Assembly: GCA_038087875.1 (NCBI GenBank)
Contig: CM075994.1
Location: forward strand, 8,806,001-8,870,000
Source of the DNA: Malacoraja senta
Lineage: Eukaryota
Direction: 5' to 3'
DNA length: 64,000 nucleotides
Below the pieces are notes generated by a model, which saw nothing but the letters and a program-made list of their open reading frames with translations, was not told the DNA's origin and searched no databases. Below are positions 11,163 through 24,563 of this stretch, piece by piece (the first letter of the stretch is position 1; every line of letters begins with the position of its first letter). A program made the translations under genes and the position numbers.

Positions 11163-11920
11163 CATAGAATAAATAGAATAGAATGCCATTTATTGTCATT
11201 TAAACATACAAGCTTCAAACAAAATTTTGTTCCTGCAGTCATAACAGCAAAAAACCAAAACACACTATTAACACAATTCCACACAAACATCCATCACAGT
11301 GAATCTCCAAACACCTCCTCACTGTGATGGAAGGCAAAAGTCTTATCTCTTCCCTGTTCTCTGTTCTTTATTCTTCTCCTGCAGTCAAGCAGTCAAACTG
11401 CTACATCGGGCTGATCGAGTCTCTTGATGGTAAGTCCCGCGGCCGTTTAAGGCCCCGCTCCGGGTCGATTTAAACCACTCGATTCGGGCGGGTGAAGTCT
11501 GCCGTTGCGGGAGCTCCGAAAGCCGTCTCCCACCAGGGACCCGCGAGCTCCCGATGTTACCGCCCACAGGGCCTGCAGCCGAAGCCTCCGAAGTCGGGTC
11601 GCAGCCGCGCGCCACGACAGCGCTCCGAAGTCAGCCAGCTCCGCGATGGTGAGTCCGCAGGCTCTGCGACTGGAGTCCTCAGGTCGATTCCGGTTGGAGG
11701 CTGCCGGCTCCACGATGTTAGGCCCCAACGACAACGGAGACTCGAAAGGGAAAAGGTCGCGCCCCCATTCAAGGAAGAGATTAAAAAGTCCCCCCCCCCA
11801 CATATACACAGTTAAAAATAAAGTAAAACTAAAACCAAAAACATACATCTAACAGGAAAAAAAGAAAGAAAACACAGACGGACTGCAGTCGAGCCACTGC
11901 AACAAGGCGCCGCCACACCG
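11163..11920 (-). mobile_element. Non-coding retroposon-like element with a GC-rich body and (TTCTA)n-type tail
   Basis: Tail tagaataaatagaatagaat followed by tttattgtcatt, as in the Rex1 copy at 8247; related 3' ends at ~31647-31820 and ~58674-58880. Confidence 0.55.
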
Positions 11921-12993
11921 AATATTAGTGTTTAAGAAGGAACTGCAGATGCTGGAAAAGTCGAAGGTAGACAAAAATGCTGGAGAAACTCAGTGGGCGA
12001 GGCAGCATCTATGGAGCGAAGGAATAGGCGACGTTTTGGGTCGAGACCCTTCTTCAGAATAAATCAGTGTAATTTTTTGATTAGCCATTTCCTCTGTAGG
12101 TGCAGAGCCACACACATTCTTCTTTTCATCCATGTTTATAGGCACTACTAAAGACACACCCCAATCGGCAAAGCAAAAAACTGCTTGCTACATATTTAAC
12201 ATCGGCAATTCTAAAAAAAAGTGCCAGTGAAGACATCTTTCAGGACATGACAAAGAGCATAATTAGAACACATGTGAGCTACTCGTGTAGGACTGAAACT
12301 TGATTCACCAACACACAACTCCAATCACAAGACCATTTTGTGTTGAGATTGAGGTCAAGTTCCTGCATTTTTAACCCCAGAGATCCGGGTTCGATCCTGA
12401 CTACAGGTGCTGTCTGCACAGAGATTGTACATTCTCCCTGTGACTGAGTCATAGTGATACAGTGTGGAAACAGGCCCTTCGGCCCACACCGGCCAACAAT
12501 GTCCCAGCTACCCTAGTCCCACTTGCCTGCGCTTGGTCCATAACCCTCCAAACCTGTCCTATCCATGTACCTGTCCAAATGTTTCTTAAACGATGGGATA
12601 GTCCCAGCCTCAACTACCTCCCCTGGCAGCTTGTTTCATACACTGTGTGGAAAAGTTACCCCTCTGATTCCTATTAAATCTTTTCCCCTTCACCTTGAAC
12701 CTATGTCCTCTGGGTGCTCTGGTGTCCTCCCACACTCCAAAGGGGTTGTAGGCTAATTGGCTTCGGTAAAAATTGCAAATTGTTCCTAGCGTGTAGGATA
12801 GTGCTAGTGTACGGGGAAAGAACTAGTCGGTGGGCCGAAGAGCCTGTTCCCGCGCTGTATCTCTAAACTAAACTAGTTGCAGGACACAGGATGGGAATGA
12901 AACCATTATGTTCTGGCTTAAATACCACTGAGACAAGGCTAGAACCGGTCCATAAAAGAACCTAACTGTGAAGTCCCAATGACCTCTATATTG

Positions 12994-13312
12994 CAGGGGC
13001 CACGAAACGTTTTTGAAAGTGCGGGGGGGGGGGGGGGGGTCTGAGCGATCACCGATCACCCGCCTCGGGGGAGGGTGGTACAATTATTAATTTTTGTTGT
13101 TGCTCGACCTCCAAAAACTGGGGGATAATACAGGCCATCCCCCAACTCAAAAAGTGGGGGGATATATCCCCCAACAACCCTCTCTCTCTCTCCCTTCCTC
13201 CCTCTCGGGGCCGACTCTCTCTCTCTCGGGGCCCACCCCCCCCCACTGCGGGCCGGATAATTTTGGCTTAAGAAGCATGTCTTCCCCCCCCCCCCCATCC
13301 CTGTGGCCCATG
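12994..13312. mobile_element. Small G/C-tract-rich DNA transposon (MITE)
   Basis: Ends caggggccac / gtggcccatg flanked by tattg (12989-12993 / 13313-13317). Confidence 0.5.
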
Positions 13313-13352
13313 TATTGCACTATAACAAGACAGCGTAACCAGAGAGAACCTA

Positions 13353-13484
<132 letters not shown>

Positions 13485-13492
13485 TTACTATC

Positions 13493-13920
13493 GGGACTGT
13501 CATATGCTGAGAAAATGGTGCGGCTGGGCTTGTACACTCTGGAGTTTAGAAGGATGAGAGGATATCTTATTGAAACATATATGATTATTAAGGGTTTGGA
13601 CACGCTAGAGGCAGGAAACATGTTCCCGATGTTGGGGGAGTCCAGAACCAGGGGCCACAGTTTAAGAATAAGGGGTGAGCCATTTAGAACAGAGACGAGG
13701 AAACACTTTTTCACACAGAGAGTTGTGAGTCTGTGGAATTCTCTGCCTCAGATGGCGGTGGAGGCCGGTTCTCTGGATACTTTCAAGAGAGAGCTAGTTA
13801 GGGCTCTTAAAAATAGCAGAGTCAGGGGATATGGGGGAAGGCAGGAATGGGGTACTGATTGGGGATGATCAGCCATGATCACATTGAATGTCGGTGCTGG
13901 CTCGAACCTATTGTCTATTA
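13493..13920 (+). mobile_element. CR1 LINE 3' fragment
   Basis: ORF 13515..13868. Confidence 0.9.
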
Positions 13921-14654
13921 CTAGACTTTTTTTTTTTTTTTTAAAAGAGCCCTCAAGCTAGATAAAAAGTAACCAGTCCTGGCAGTACTTCAAAAGAAAA
14001 TCATTTGTTTTTGTATGGTCTAGTCATGTTTCAGACATTCAGAACTGCATCAGATCCAGTCGATGTAAAACAGAGTTAGTGATGTGCAAGTCAACAGGAC
14101 AGACAATTTGTCCACAAAATTAATAATATACCAGTTAATAGAATTGATCCAAGATAGAAATTGGATTACAAATCCTACACCTTCTGCCCTTTGAATCCCC
14201 CCATTACACAGCACCTTTCCCAAGGTAACTCCATCAGAGTTGTTTACAAAGGCAAAGAGATGCAATTCCCAGAGCCAGCCTGGAATCGATAGTGTTCAGG
14301 CCTTCAGGTCAAACTGTACCGACCTGAATCAAACCAACAGACAGCTAGTTCAGAGCTGGAAGGGCGGTCACCTGGGTCAGCACTTATTTTTACGTTACTT
14401 TGTTTAAATGTTGATTTTGGTAACAGATGAAATGGGTCACTGGATTTTCATAACGCCCATGCTTCAACTTCAATTTTGTTATATTTTAGGCTCGTGCACA
14501 AAGCATAGTTCTCAAATGATATACCCTTGGGGATGGACGACTGCTTTTATGAATGAGATATTTTCGAAGAAGCATGCTTTCAATCCAGTCAAAAGTAAAA
14601 TGCTTAACTTTCCCCAAATCTATCCTCTCTACAATCTACAGCTCCATAAAGATG

Positions 14655-15545
14655 ACTTGGATCTGCAAGATGACTTGGATAGGCTGGGTGAGTGGGCAAA
14701 TGCATGGCAGATGCAGTATAATGTGGATAAATGTGAGGTTATCCACTTTGGTGACAATAACCGGAAAGTAGACTATTACCTGAATGAATTAGGAAAAGGG
14801 GAGATGCAACGAGACCTGGGTGTCATGGTACACCAGTCATTGAAAGTAGGCATGCAGGTGCAGCAGGCAGTGCAGAAAGCGAATGGTATGTTAGCATTCA
14901 TAGCAAAATAATTTGAATATAGGAGCAGGGAGGTTCTACTCCAGTTGTACAGGGTCTTGGTGAGACCACACCTGGAGTATTGCGTACAGTTTTGGTCTCC
15001 TAATCTGAGGAAGGACATTCTTGCCATAGAGGGAGTACAGAGAAGGTTCACCAGACTGATTCCTGGGATGTCAGGACTTTCATATGAAGAAAAACTGGAT
15101 AGACTCGGCTTGTACTCGCTAGAATTTAGAAGATTGAGGGGGGATCTTATAGAAACCTACAAAATTCTTAAGGGATTGGACAGGCTAGATGCAGGAAGAT
15201 TGTTCCTGATGTTGGGAAGTCCAGAACAAGGGGTCACAGTTTAAGGATAAAGGGGAAATCTTTTAGGACTGAGATGAGAAAAACATTTTTTACACAGGGA
15301 GTGGTGAATCTCTGGAATTCTCTGCCACAAAATGTAGTTGAGGCCAGTTCATTGGCCATATATTAAGAGGGAGTTACATGTGTCCCTTGTGGCTAAAGGG
15401 ATCAGGGGGTATGGAGAGAAAGCAGGTACAGGATACTGAGTTGGATGATCAGCCATGATCATATTGAATGCTACCTCCTCTGGCAGGCTCGAAGGGCCGA
15501 ATGGCCTACTCCTGCACCTATTTTCTATGTTTCTATGTTTCTAAA
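14655..15545 (+). mobile_element. CR1 LINE 3' fragment with (TTTCTATG)n tail
   Basis: LQDDLDRLGEWANAWQMQYNVDKCEVIHFG; ORF 14945..15244. Confidence 0.92.
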
Positions 15546-15844
15546 GGCATGATGTTTGTGCAAAATCATGAGGGGAATGGAACAGGCATGTGCACGGTCT
15601 ATTGCCCAGAGAAGGGGAAAATTGAGAACCAGGGGACATAGGTTTAAGGTGGGGGGGGGGGGGGGGGGGGGGGAAGAGATTTAATAGGAACCCGAGGGGT
15701 AACGTTAAAAAAAATCATATTTGCACAAAGGGTGGTGAGTGTATGGAACGAGCTGCCAGAGGAGGTAGTTGAGGCAGGTACTGTCGCAATGTTTAAGATA
15801 CAGTGGTGCAGTCACGGTGGCGCAGCGGTAGAGTTGCTGCCTGA

Positions 15845-16383
15845 AGGGCCTGTCCCACTAACGCAACCTTTCAGCGACTGTCTTCGACCTTTAAGCTCGA
15901 GGGCACTCGTCTGAAAACCCTCGAGCTGGATCGACCGTCAGCGATGAAACTGCGAGCCGGATCGCCCGTCCGCGCACACACACACATAAACACATCGCAA
16001 AGGCGGGGGCCAGGGAAAGTGGGGGAGCGCTGTCTGAAATTCACACCCGCGACGAACAGGAAGGTAAAAGACGGCTGCACAGTGTACGGCGGTAAGACCT
16101 TTAGAGAGCGCGGGGAGGGGGGAGAGAGAGAAGGGGAGAGAAGGGGGGAAGAAGTGGAGGCTATATGGTCGTGCGAGGTCTCCTAAGGTCGTGAGAGGGC
16201 TCCCCCGACATGTCGCCAGGGGTCGCCTGTATGGTCGTGAGAGGTCTCCTATGGTCGTGAGAGGTCAACAAAGAGTCGCAGGGTCTTTCTGATCGCCGCT
16301 GAATTTTCAACGTTGAAAATTTCAGCGATCTATGACGGGTGCCGGCAGTCGCCTGTAAAGGGCGCGTAAGTGGGACAGGCCCT
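15845..16383. mobile_element. PIF/Harbinger-type MITE
   Basis: TIR agggcctgtcccact / agtgggacaggccct; flanks tga/tta. Confidence 0.8.
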
Positions 16384-16648
16384 TTATCTCGTTACTAAAT
16401 CACAGGTGACATCTCTCACAATGTACCCGTTTTACAACATGATAAAACCTTTGGTGAACAGGATAAACCCATTGCAATTTTAAAAAAGCCCCTTCCCTTA
16501 AGTTGAACAATCTTCTTACAATTGCTATTTTCTTCCCTATATCCACTCCATCTGGAGATACTCACGGAAAACATTAACCAAGCCAATTTCCACCAGCTCT
16601 GCTCAAGCTAACTTTCATCACATTTAACTGAATACAGTATGAGAGTGG

Positions 16649-17958
16649 ACGGCAGGGTGGCGCAGCGGGTAGAGCTGCTGCCTTACAGCACCAAAGCCAG
16701 AGCCCCCGGGTTCGATCCTGATTATGGGTGCTTGTCTGTACGGAGTTTGCACGTTCTCCCCGTGACCTGCGTGGGCTGTCTCCGGAATAGATTCATGGCT
16801 TCAGAGTGATAGAGTGTGGAAACAGGCCCTTCGGCCCAACTCGCCCAACAATGTCCCAGCTACCCGAGTCCCACTTGCCTGCGCTTGGTCCACATCCCTC
16901 CAAATCTGTCCTAGCCAAGTACCTGTCGAAATGTTTCTTAAACTATGGGATAGTCCCAGCCTCAACTACCTCCTCTGGCAGCTCGTTCCATACACCCACC
17001 ACCCTCTGAGTGAAAATGTTACCCCTCGGATTCCTATGCAATCTTTTTCCCCTTCACCTTGAACCCCGTGTCCTCTGGTCCTCGATTCCCCTACTCTGAT
17101 CAAGAGACTCTGTGCATCTACCCGATCTAATCCTCTCATGATTTTGGTTACCTCTGTAAGATCTCCCCTCATCCTCCTACGCTCCATGGAATAGAGACCC
17201 AGCCTACTCAACCTCTCCCTATAGCTCACACCCTCTAGTCCTGGCAACATCCTGGTAAATCTTTTCTGAACCCTTTCAAGCTTGACAATATCTTTCCTAT
17301 AACACGGTGCCCAGAACTGAACCCAATATTTTAAATGCGGTCTCACCAACGTCTTATACAACTGAAACATGACCTCCCAACTTCGACACTCAATACTCTG
17401 ACTGATGCAAGGCCAATGTGCCCAATGTTGGGCGAGTCCAGAACCAGGGGCCACAGTCTTAGAATAAAGGGGAAGCCATTTAAGACTGAGGTGAGAAAAA
17501 ACTTTTTCACCCAGAGAGTTGTGAATTTGTGAATTCCCTACCACAGAGGGCAGTAGAGGCCAAATCACTGGATGGATTTGAGAGTTAGATAGAGCTCTAG
17601 GGGCTAGTGGAGTCAAGGGATATGGGGAGAAGGCAGGCACGGGTTATTGATTGGGGACGATCAGCCATGATCACATTGAATGGCGGTGCTGGCTCGAAGG
17701 GCTGAATGGCCTCCTCCTGCACCTATTTTCTATGTTTCTATGTGCCAAGAGCCTTTTTGACCACCGGTCAAAAACCAGAGGATCTTCAGTTTCCTTCCAC
17801 ACTCCAAAGACGTACAGGTTTGTAGGTTAATTGGCTTTGTATAATTGTAAATTGTCCCTCGCGTGTGTGTAGGATAGTGTTAATGTATGGGAATCGCTGG
17901 TCGGTGCGGACTCAGTGGGCGGAAGGGCCGGTTTCAGCGCTGCATCTTTAAACTAAAC
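16649..17958. mobile_element. Nested stack: V-SINE (+) interrupted by CR1 (-, ~16790-17770), itself interrupted by CR1 (+, ~17416-17742)
   Basis: The SINE head at 16649-16785 resumes at ~17780; ORF 16966..17640 is a chimera of the two CR1 pieces. Confidence 0.8.
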
Positions 17959-18242
17959 AAGATATCCACTTGACTTCAGAGCACCTTCCAGCTGTCACTG
18001 GATGGCAACATCGTGTGAATGACAAGAACACTGGAGTCAGATTACGGATCTAAGTCTGAACGTTCCACTGCCCGACAGAGCCAGTGATGGTGCTGGAGAT
18101 CAGACAATTTGTTATACCACACACTCATTGACCCACCAAGTTAAGTGCACCCTGGCTTTAAGGAATTTGCCTGTGGAGCAGTTAGTGGACAGTTTGCTTC
18201 ATCAGATCACATGTAATCAGATATTATTTTCATTCATAACGA

Positions 18243-19392
18243 CAGGGCTGTGGAGTCGATACCCAAAACACCCGACTCCTTGATTTCTTGTGTATCCGAC
18301 TCGTAGGTATAATAATTCTAAATCGGCTATGATGACATTACACAAGATGGCATTTCATAAGAGCCACGTGACTCATCAGGCTACCTTTTAAACCCATGCC
18401 CTTAAAGTGTTGAGTCTAATGGTTGTAGCTATGCTATTGTGGCTTTTTAATATTGTTTATTCTTGGAAACAAAAAACATAATTCATCATGCTAAAAGAAA
18501 AAAAATTACACATAGGACTATGACAAAATTAAAATTCCATTGAATTACATTAAAATTATAAAAGCATTACTCCAAAATGTATTAAACTAAGGCCACAGGT
18601 ATGAGCTAAATGGCAAAATTATGACCAAATAAACATTCTCAAGTGCAATAGAATTTAAAAGTAAATGCACAGATAGTTAAGTTTGCTACAAAGTACATAC
18701 CTCAAATTTATTGGAGAAACTCAGCGGGTGAGGCAGCATCTATAGAGCCATAGATGCTGCCTCACCCGCTGAGGTTCTCCAACATTTGTCTACCTTCGAT
18801 TTTCCAGCATAGACAATAGGTGCAGTAGGCCATTCGGCCTTCGATCCAGCGAAGGCCGAATGGCTGATCATCCCCAATCAGTACACCGTTCCTGCCTTCT
18901 CCCCATATCCCCTATCTTTAAGAGCCCTATCTAGCTCTCTCTTGAAAGTATCCAGAGAACCGGCCTCCACCACCCTCCACCTTTCCTCTTCTCTGTTCTA
19001 AATGGCTTACCCCTTATTCTTAAACTGTGTGGCCCCTGGTTCTGGACTCCCCCAACATCGGGAACATGTTTCCTGCCTCTAGCATCTGCAGTTCCTTCTT
19101 AAACATTCCTAAAATTTATTAATAACGTGCTCAGGAACAGAACTGCTTCTGCCAGATCCTCTTTCATTGAAGCCCTTAAATCTGATTTAATTATCTACAG
19201 AGCGGAGAACAGTCTCTCCATGCTGACCCGAGTGGGTGGTATGGCTGTTTCTATTATAAAATCCAAAGTGGGATTTTTTTGCGATTTACGTAGTCTCTGA
19301 AATTTATGTTGAGGTCGGAGTCGGGACTTTTTTTACCGCCTATAGTAGCACCAAAATTGCTCTGACTCTGACCCGACGACTCCACAGCCCTG
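18243..19392. mobile_element. Non-autonomous hAT transposon with nested PLE and CR1 fragments
   Basis: 16-bp TIR cagggctgtggagtcg / cgactccacagccctg; 8-bp TSD cataacga (18235-18242) / cataacta (19393-19400). Confidence 0.88.
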
Positions 19393-19476
19393 CATAACTA
19401 TAGCTCTAATGAGGAAGATTTCCTCCTGCTCCGTTACCCGTCAATCGTCGTCTGTTAAAAGATCTTGGTTACTTAC

Positions 19477-19714
19477 AAAAGCCGGCATCATCCCCCTGTA
19501 TGGTGGAGGGTAGGGCTGGGGAACTGCCTGCTGGGCACACCGCTCCCTGATCTAGGTGGTTGTTCGGCCATCCTCGCAGGCACCTTCGGGTCGGCTGAGG
19601 ATGCTATAGAGCTTGCTGCTTCTTCTGGGCTTAGCTCTTTGGTTTCCCCCTCGATCAAAGAGACACCCGGAGCACCCAAGTTCCGCCCACCACCCTCCCT
19701 CCAGCTGGTCACAT
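19477..19714 (-). CDS. PRRC2A: PRRC2A coding exon 6 (NVTSWREGGGRNLG...GVP[Q]QAVPQPYPPPYRGMMPAF); apparent 1-nt deletion near 19533-19535
   Basis: Acceptor tccttccttgcag|, donor TTT|gtaagt. The start (TSWREGGGR) and end (PPYRGMMPAF) motifs are in different frames; 238 nt where 239 would fit. Confidence 0.88.
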
Positions 19715-19767
19715 CTGCAAGGAAGGAGAAAAGTCAAGATGCTACAGCAACATACAGAAATCGGGCA

Positions 19768-20030
19768 GTCACGGTGGCACAGCGGTAGAGCTGCTGCCTT
19801 ACAAAGAATGCAGCGCCGGAGATCCGGGTTCGATCCCGACTACGGGTACTGTCTGTGCGGAGTTTGTACGTTCTCCCCATGGGTTTTCTCCGAGATCTTC
19901 GGTTTCCTATCACACTCCAAAGACGTATAGGTTTATTGGCTTGATGTAAATGTAAATTGTCCCTGGTGTGTGGGGATCGCTGTTCGGTGCGGGCTCGCTG
20001 GGCTGAAGGGCCTGTTTCTGCACTGTATCA
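19768..20030 (+). mobile_element. V-SINE (HE1-like)
   Basis: Same family as 9971-10279. Confidence 0.85.
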
Positions 20031-20031
20031 G

Positions 20032-20480
20032 CAGGGGTTGGCAACCTTGTTCTCCATTGGGGCTGGCGCGCATGTCTGTGTGCGGATGGCGGGCCACATC
20101 TATCACGTGTACACATGGATCCCGCCCCGGATGGCAGGCATCAAAGCACGTGTTCACAGAAGGTAGACGAAAATTGCTGGAGAAACTCAGCGGGTGAGGC
20201 AGCCTCGTGCAATCCTTGCATGTCTCACCCGCTGAGTTTCTCCAGCATTTTTGTCTACCTTCGATTTTTCCAGCATCTGCAGTTCTTACTTAAAAATGTT
20301 CACAGAAGGTGCGCTGCCGTGTCGGCAGCTTTGCACAGGATGCGGTGCAGCCAGCGCCTGGCTGCTGCTCGGGACGCCCAGTGGGCCGGATGATTCCTGG
20401 GGGAAAAAACCCGCCTGCGGGCCGGATGATTTCGGGTTACGAGCCCCATTCGGCCCAGGGCCGTACGTTGCCGATCCCTG
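20032..20480. mobile_element. hAT-like MITE with a nested inverted PLE repeat pair
   Basis: TIR caggggttggcaac / gttgccgatccctg; TSD not clean. Confidence 0.6.
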
Positions 20481-20754
20481 ACGTACAGGTCTGTAGGTTA
20501 ATTGGATTGGTAAATGTATAATAAAATTGTCTCAAGTGGGTGTAGGATAGTGTTAATGTGCAGGGGTCAGTGCGGACCCAGTGGGCCGAAGGGCCTGTTC
20601 CCGTGCTGTATCTCTAAAACAAAAATGGGCATCACCGATAGCTTCAAATCAATTTACCAATTGTGTTGCAGTGCCTGTAAATAGAGTCTTATTTGCATTG
20701 AGCGGAAATTGTCAAGTGTTTAATTGTCATATTGACAGAACAATGGGATTCTTA

Positions 20755-21083
20755 AAGCCCTGTCCCACGGTACGAGTTCATTCCAAGAGCTCTCCCGAGT
20801 TTGCCCTGATTCCAACTCGGAGATTTACGGTAATGGCCACTCATCGGTACTCGGGGCTCTCGTGGACATTTTTCAACATGTTGATTAAATCTTCACGAGT
20901 CTTCCCGTGCTTACCTGCCATTAGCGAGTCTTCCCGAGTACCTGCCGTTAGCGTTACGAGCCGCTAAGAGACGTCCCCGAGCTCCGACGTACCCGCTACG
21001 TTCATTCTCTGTGCTTACGAGTTTGATTTTTTTTTAAACTCGGGAGAGCTCTTGGAATGAACTCGTACCGTGGGACAGGGCTA
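20755..21083. mobile_element. PIF/Harbinger-type MITE (long-TIR subfamily)
   Basis: agccctgtcccacggtacgagttcattccaagagctctcccgagtt mirrored at the right end; TTA TSD. Confidence 0.88.
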
Positions 21084-22150
21084 TTACTTTCTGCAGCTTA
21101 ACAGGACTGTAAGCATATTATAAATCTAATAAACAAAATAATAACCTTAATCCTAGTGCAAAAACACTATGTCCATAGTGCAACCAAAGATATTCCAATC
21201 TGAAGAAGGGTCCCGACCCAAGACATCACCTGTCCATGTTCACCTGACCCGCTGAGCTACTCGAGCGCTGTGTCTCTTTTTGTAAACTAGCATCTGCAGT
21301 GTCTAGTTCCCACAGTTCGAAACTCCCTGGTTCATCATGGAGGTTAGTGTTGTGTAATGTTCAAGAGCTCGATTGGAAATCGGAAGGTCCTTTCCTGCTC
21401 CCCAGAAGCCTCTGATTCCTGTCGAATTCTGACTGAAGAACCCGCAATTCTTCAGCATCTCATAAACGAATCATGCCGGAGAAACTCAGCGGGTGAGGCA
21501 GCATCTATGGATCGTTGGAAAAGGTGATGTTTCGGGTCGAGACCCTTCTTCAGATTGGAATATCTTTGGTTGCACTATGGACATAGTGTTTTTGCACTAG
21601 GATTAAGTGTGATCTTGTGTGATTTTGTTTTTAGCTGGAATATGCAAAGTCTGTGGTGTATCCGAAACTAACAGAGGTCCTGACCCCTGACTGAGAAGGT
21701 CCTGACTGGTTTTCCCCTTCCCAAATCCTGCAGTGCTTTGACAGAGAAACGTATGCCCAAGTTACCCATTTATTCTACCTTGTTACCAAACGGTTTTCTA
21801 TTTAGATTTAGTCAGAACATATCTTTAGTACAGTGTGCACTAATAGTCCTCTTGTTTGATTAGTGCAGGTGTCAGGGGTTATGGGGAGAAGGCAGGAAAA
21901 TGGGGTTGGGAGGGAGTGATAAATCAGCCATGATTGAATGGCGGAGTGGACATGATGGGATGAATGGCCCAATTCTGCTCCTATCACGAATGACCTTATG
22001 GTTTACCAGATTGATATCAGAAACGAGCAGGTTGTCTTATCAGAAGAGAGCGTACATGGAGAGGATGTTTCATCCCGTGGGAGAATGAAGGAAAATGATT
22101 CTCCTGCGAATATCACACAAAGTCCCACGTGTAATAAAAAACAACTCCTA

Positions 22151-22336
<186 letters not shown>

Positions 22337-22599
22337 TTATTAAAAGAAAATTCAACTGGAACCCAAACAGAATTCCACTACAAAAAGAGAAGCCCTTTTC
22401 ACACCGAAAGCCCTCTAAGTTTAGTTTAGTTTATTGTCACATGTGCCGAGGTGCAGTGGAAAGCTTTTGTAGCCTGCTAGCCAATCAAGCCAGCCACCCA
22501 CAGTGTACAGATACAGGATAAAGGGAATAACGTGGATAACGTTTAGTGCAAGATAAAGCCAGTAAAGTCCGATCAAAGATAGTCCAAGGGTCTCCAAGG

Positions 22600-23357
22600 C
22601 TTATCCACTTTAGTAGCAAAAACAGGACGGCAGATTACTATCTAAATGGTGCCAAGTTGGGAAAAGGGGAAGTACAACAGGATCTGGGGGTCCTTGTTCA
22701 TCAGTCAATGAAAGTAAGCATGCAGGTACAGCAGGCAGTGAAGAAAGCGAATGGCACGTTGGCCTTTATAACAAGAGGAGTTGAGTATAGGAGCAAAGAG
22801 GTCCTTCTGCAGTTGTACAGGGCCCTAGTGAGACCATACATGGAGTATTGTGTGCAGTTTTGGTCCCCTAATTTGAGGAAGGATATTCTTGCTATTGAGG
22901 GAGTGCAGCGTAGGTTTACAACGTTAATTCCCGGCATGGCGGGACTGTCACATGTTGAGAGAATGGAGTGGCTGGGTTTGTATGCTCTGGAGTTTAGAAG
23001 GATGAGAGGGAATCTTATTGACACATATAAGATTATTAAGGGTTTGGACACGTTAGAGGCAGGAAACATGTTCCAGATATTGGGAGAGTCCAGATCCAGG
23101 GGCCACAGTTTAAGAATAAGGGGTAAGCCATTTAGAACGGAGACGAGGAAACACTTTTTCTCACAGAGAGTTGTGAGTGTGGAATTCCTGCCTCGGAGGG
23201 CGGTGGAGGCCGGTTCTCTGGCTACTTTCATGAGAGAGCTAGACAGGGCACTTAAAGATAGCAGAGTCAGGGGATATGGGGAGAAGGCAGGAACGGGGTA
23301 CTGATTGTGGATGATCAGCCATGAATGCCGGTGCTGGCTCCTGCACCTATTGTCTAC
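22600..23357 (+). mobile_element. CR1 LINE 3' fragment
   Basis: ORF 22546..23304. Confidence 0.92.
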
Positions 23358-24563
23358 AATAAGGTAGATAGTAGTTCAGGACTGCTCTCGAGCTGTTGGT
23401 AGGATGGCTCAGTTGCCTGATAACAGCTGGGGAGAAATTCATTTGCATGTGTAGAGTCACATACATTTTTTTCAGCTATGTTTACAAGCACTACTAAAGG
23501 ATGTGGGAGGAAACCAGAGCACCTGGAAGAAACCCACGCTCTCACAGCGAGAATGCACAATCTCCACACAGACAGGAGCAGAGGTCACGATCAGACCTGG
23601 GTCTCTGGCACGGTGAGGAAGCGACTCTACCAGCTGTACCACTGTGCTCAAGTGTAACCAGGAGTGGAAAGTCTATAAACAGCATCTCAAAGCATGCATC
23701 GATGCTCTCATACACTGAAGTGGAGGCCAGAATACACCCTCTGCCAACAGCTTTCTGAAGCAGAACAAAGCAAGCTTACTTTAGACACAAAATGCTGGTG
23801 TAACTCAGCGGGACAGGCAGCATCTCTGGGGAGATGTAATGGGCAACGTTTCGGGTCGAGTCTGAAGAAGGGTCTCGACCAGAAACGTCACCCATTCCTT
23901 CTCTCCAGAGATGCTGCTTGACCCGCTGAGTTACCCCAGCATTTTGTGTCTACCTTCGATTTAAACCAGCATCTGCAATTCTTTCTTACACATTTTTTCA
24001 TATTGATCTACCCCAACTTCTCTGCTCTGCCTGTTTCCTATAGCCTTCAAATTCCCTATCTTTTTAAACATTTATCTGCCTCCAGTGAGAAATATTAGCT
24101 CGACCCGAAACGTCACCCATTCCTTCTCTCCAAAAATGCTGCCTGTCCCGCTGAGTTACTCCAGCATGATGTGTCTACCTATGGAAACAAGATTTTCGGC
24201 ACACCGAGTCACCGCCGACCAGCGATCCCCGTACACTAGTTCTATCCTACACACTACAGACAATTTACAGAAGCCAATTAACCTTCAAACCTGCACATCT
24301 TTGGAACGAGAGAGGAAACCAGAGTTCCCGGGAAAGCCCGACGCAGTCACGGCGATAATGTACAAACTCCTTGGGGCCAGCACACGTAGTAAGGATTGAA
24401 CCCAAGTCTCTGGCGCTGGAAGCATCAGCTCTAACCGCTGCACCACGGTGGCGCAAATACCAGCTCCTGATTCCAACTAACTGGCGGCCAAGATAAGCGC
24501 AATCAATCAAGTCCAAACTGTCAGCGGAACGCAAGTACTTGCATCAGTATTCATGTTTCTTTT

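Noticed and set aside
11385..11852. Several overlapping 70-130-aa ORFs
   Set aside because: GC-rich repeat interior with no recognisable domain or splice structure.
17960..18230. Possible C/D-box scaRNA or Deu-domain SINE remnant on the minus strand
   Set aside because: TGATGA and CTGA words are present but there is no terminal stem or recognisable guide; the similarity to the Deu domain is about 25 bp and unverified.
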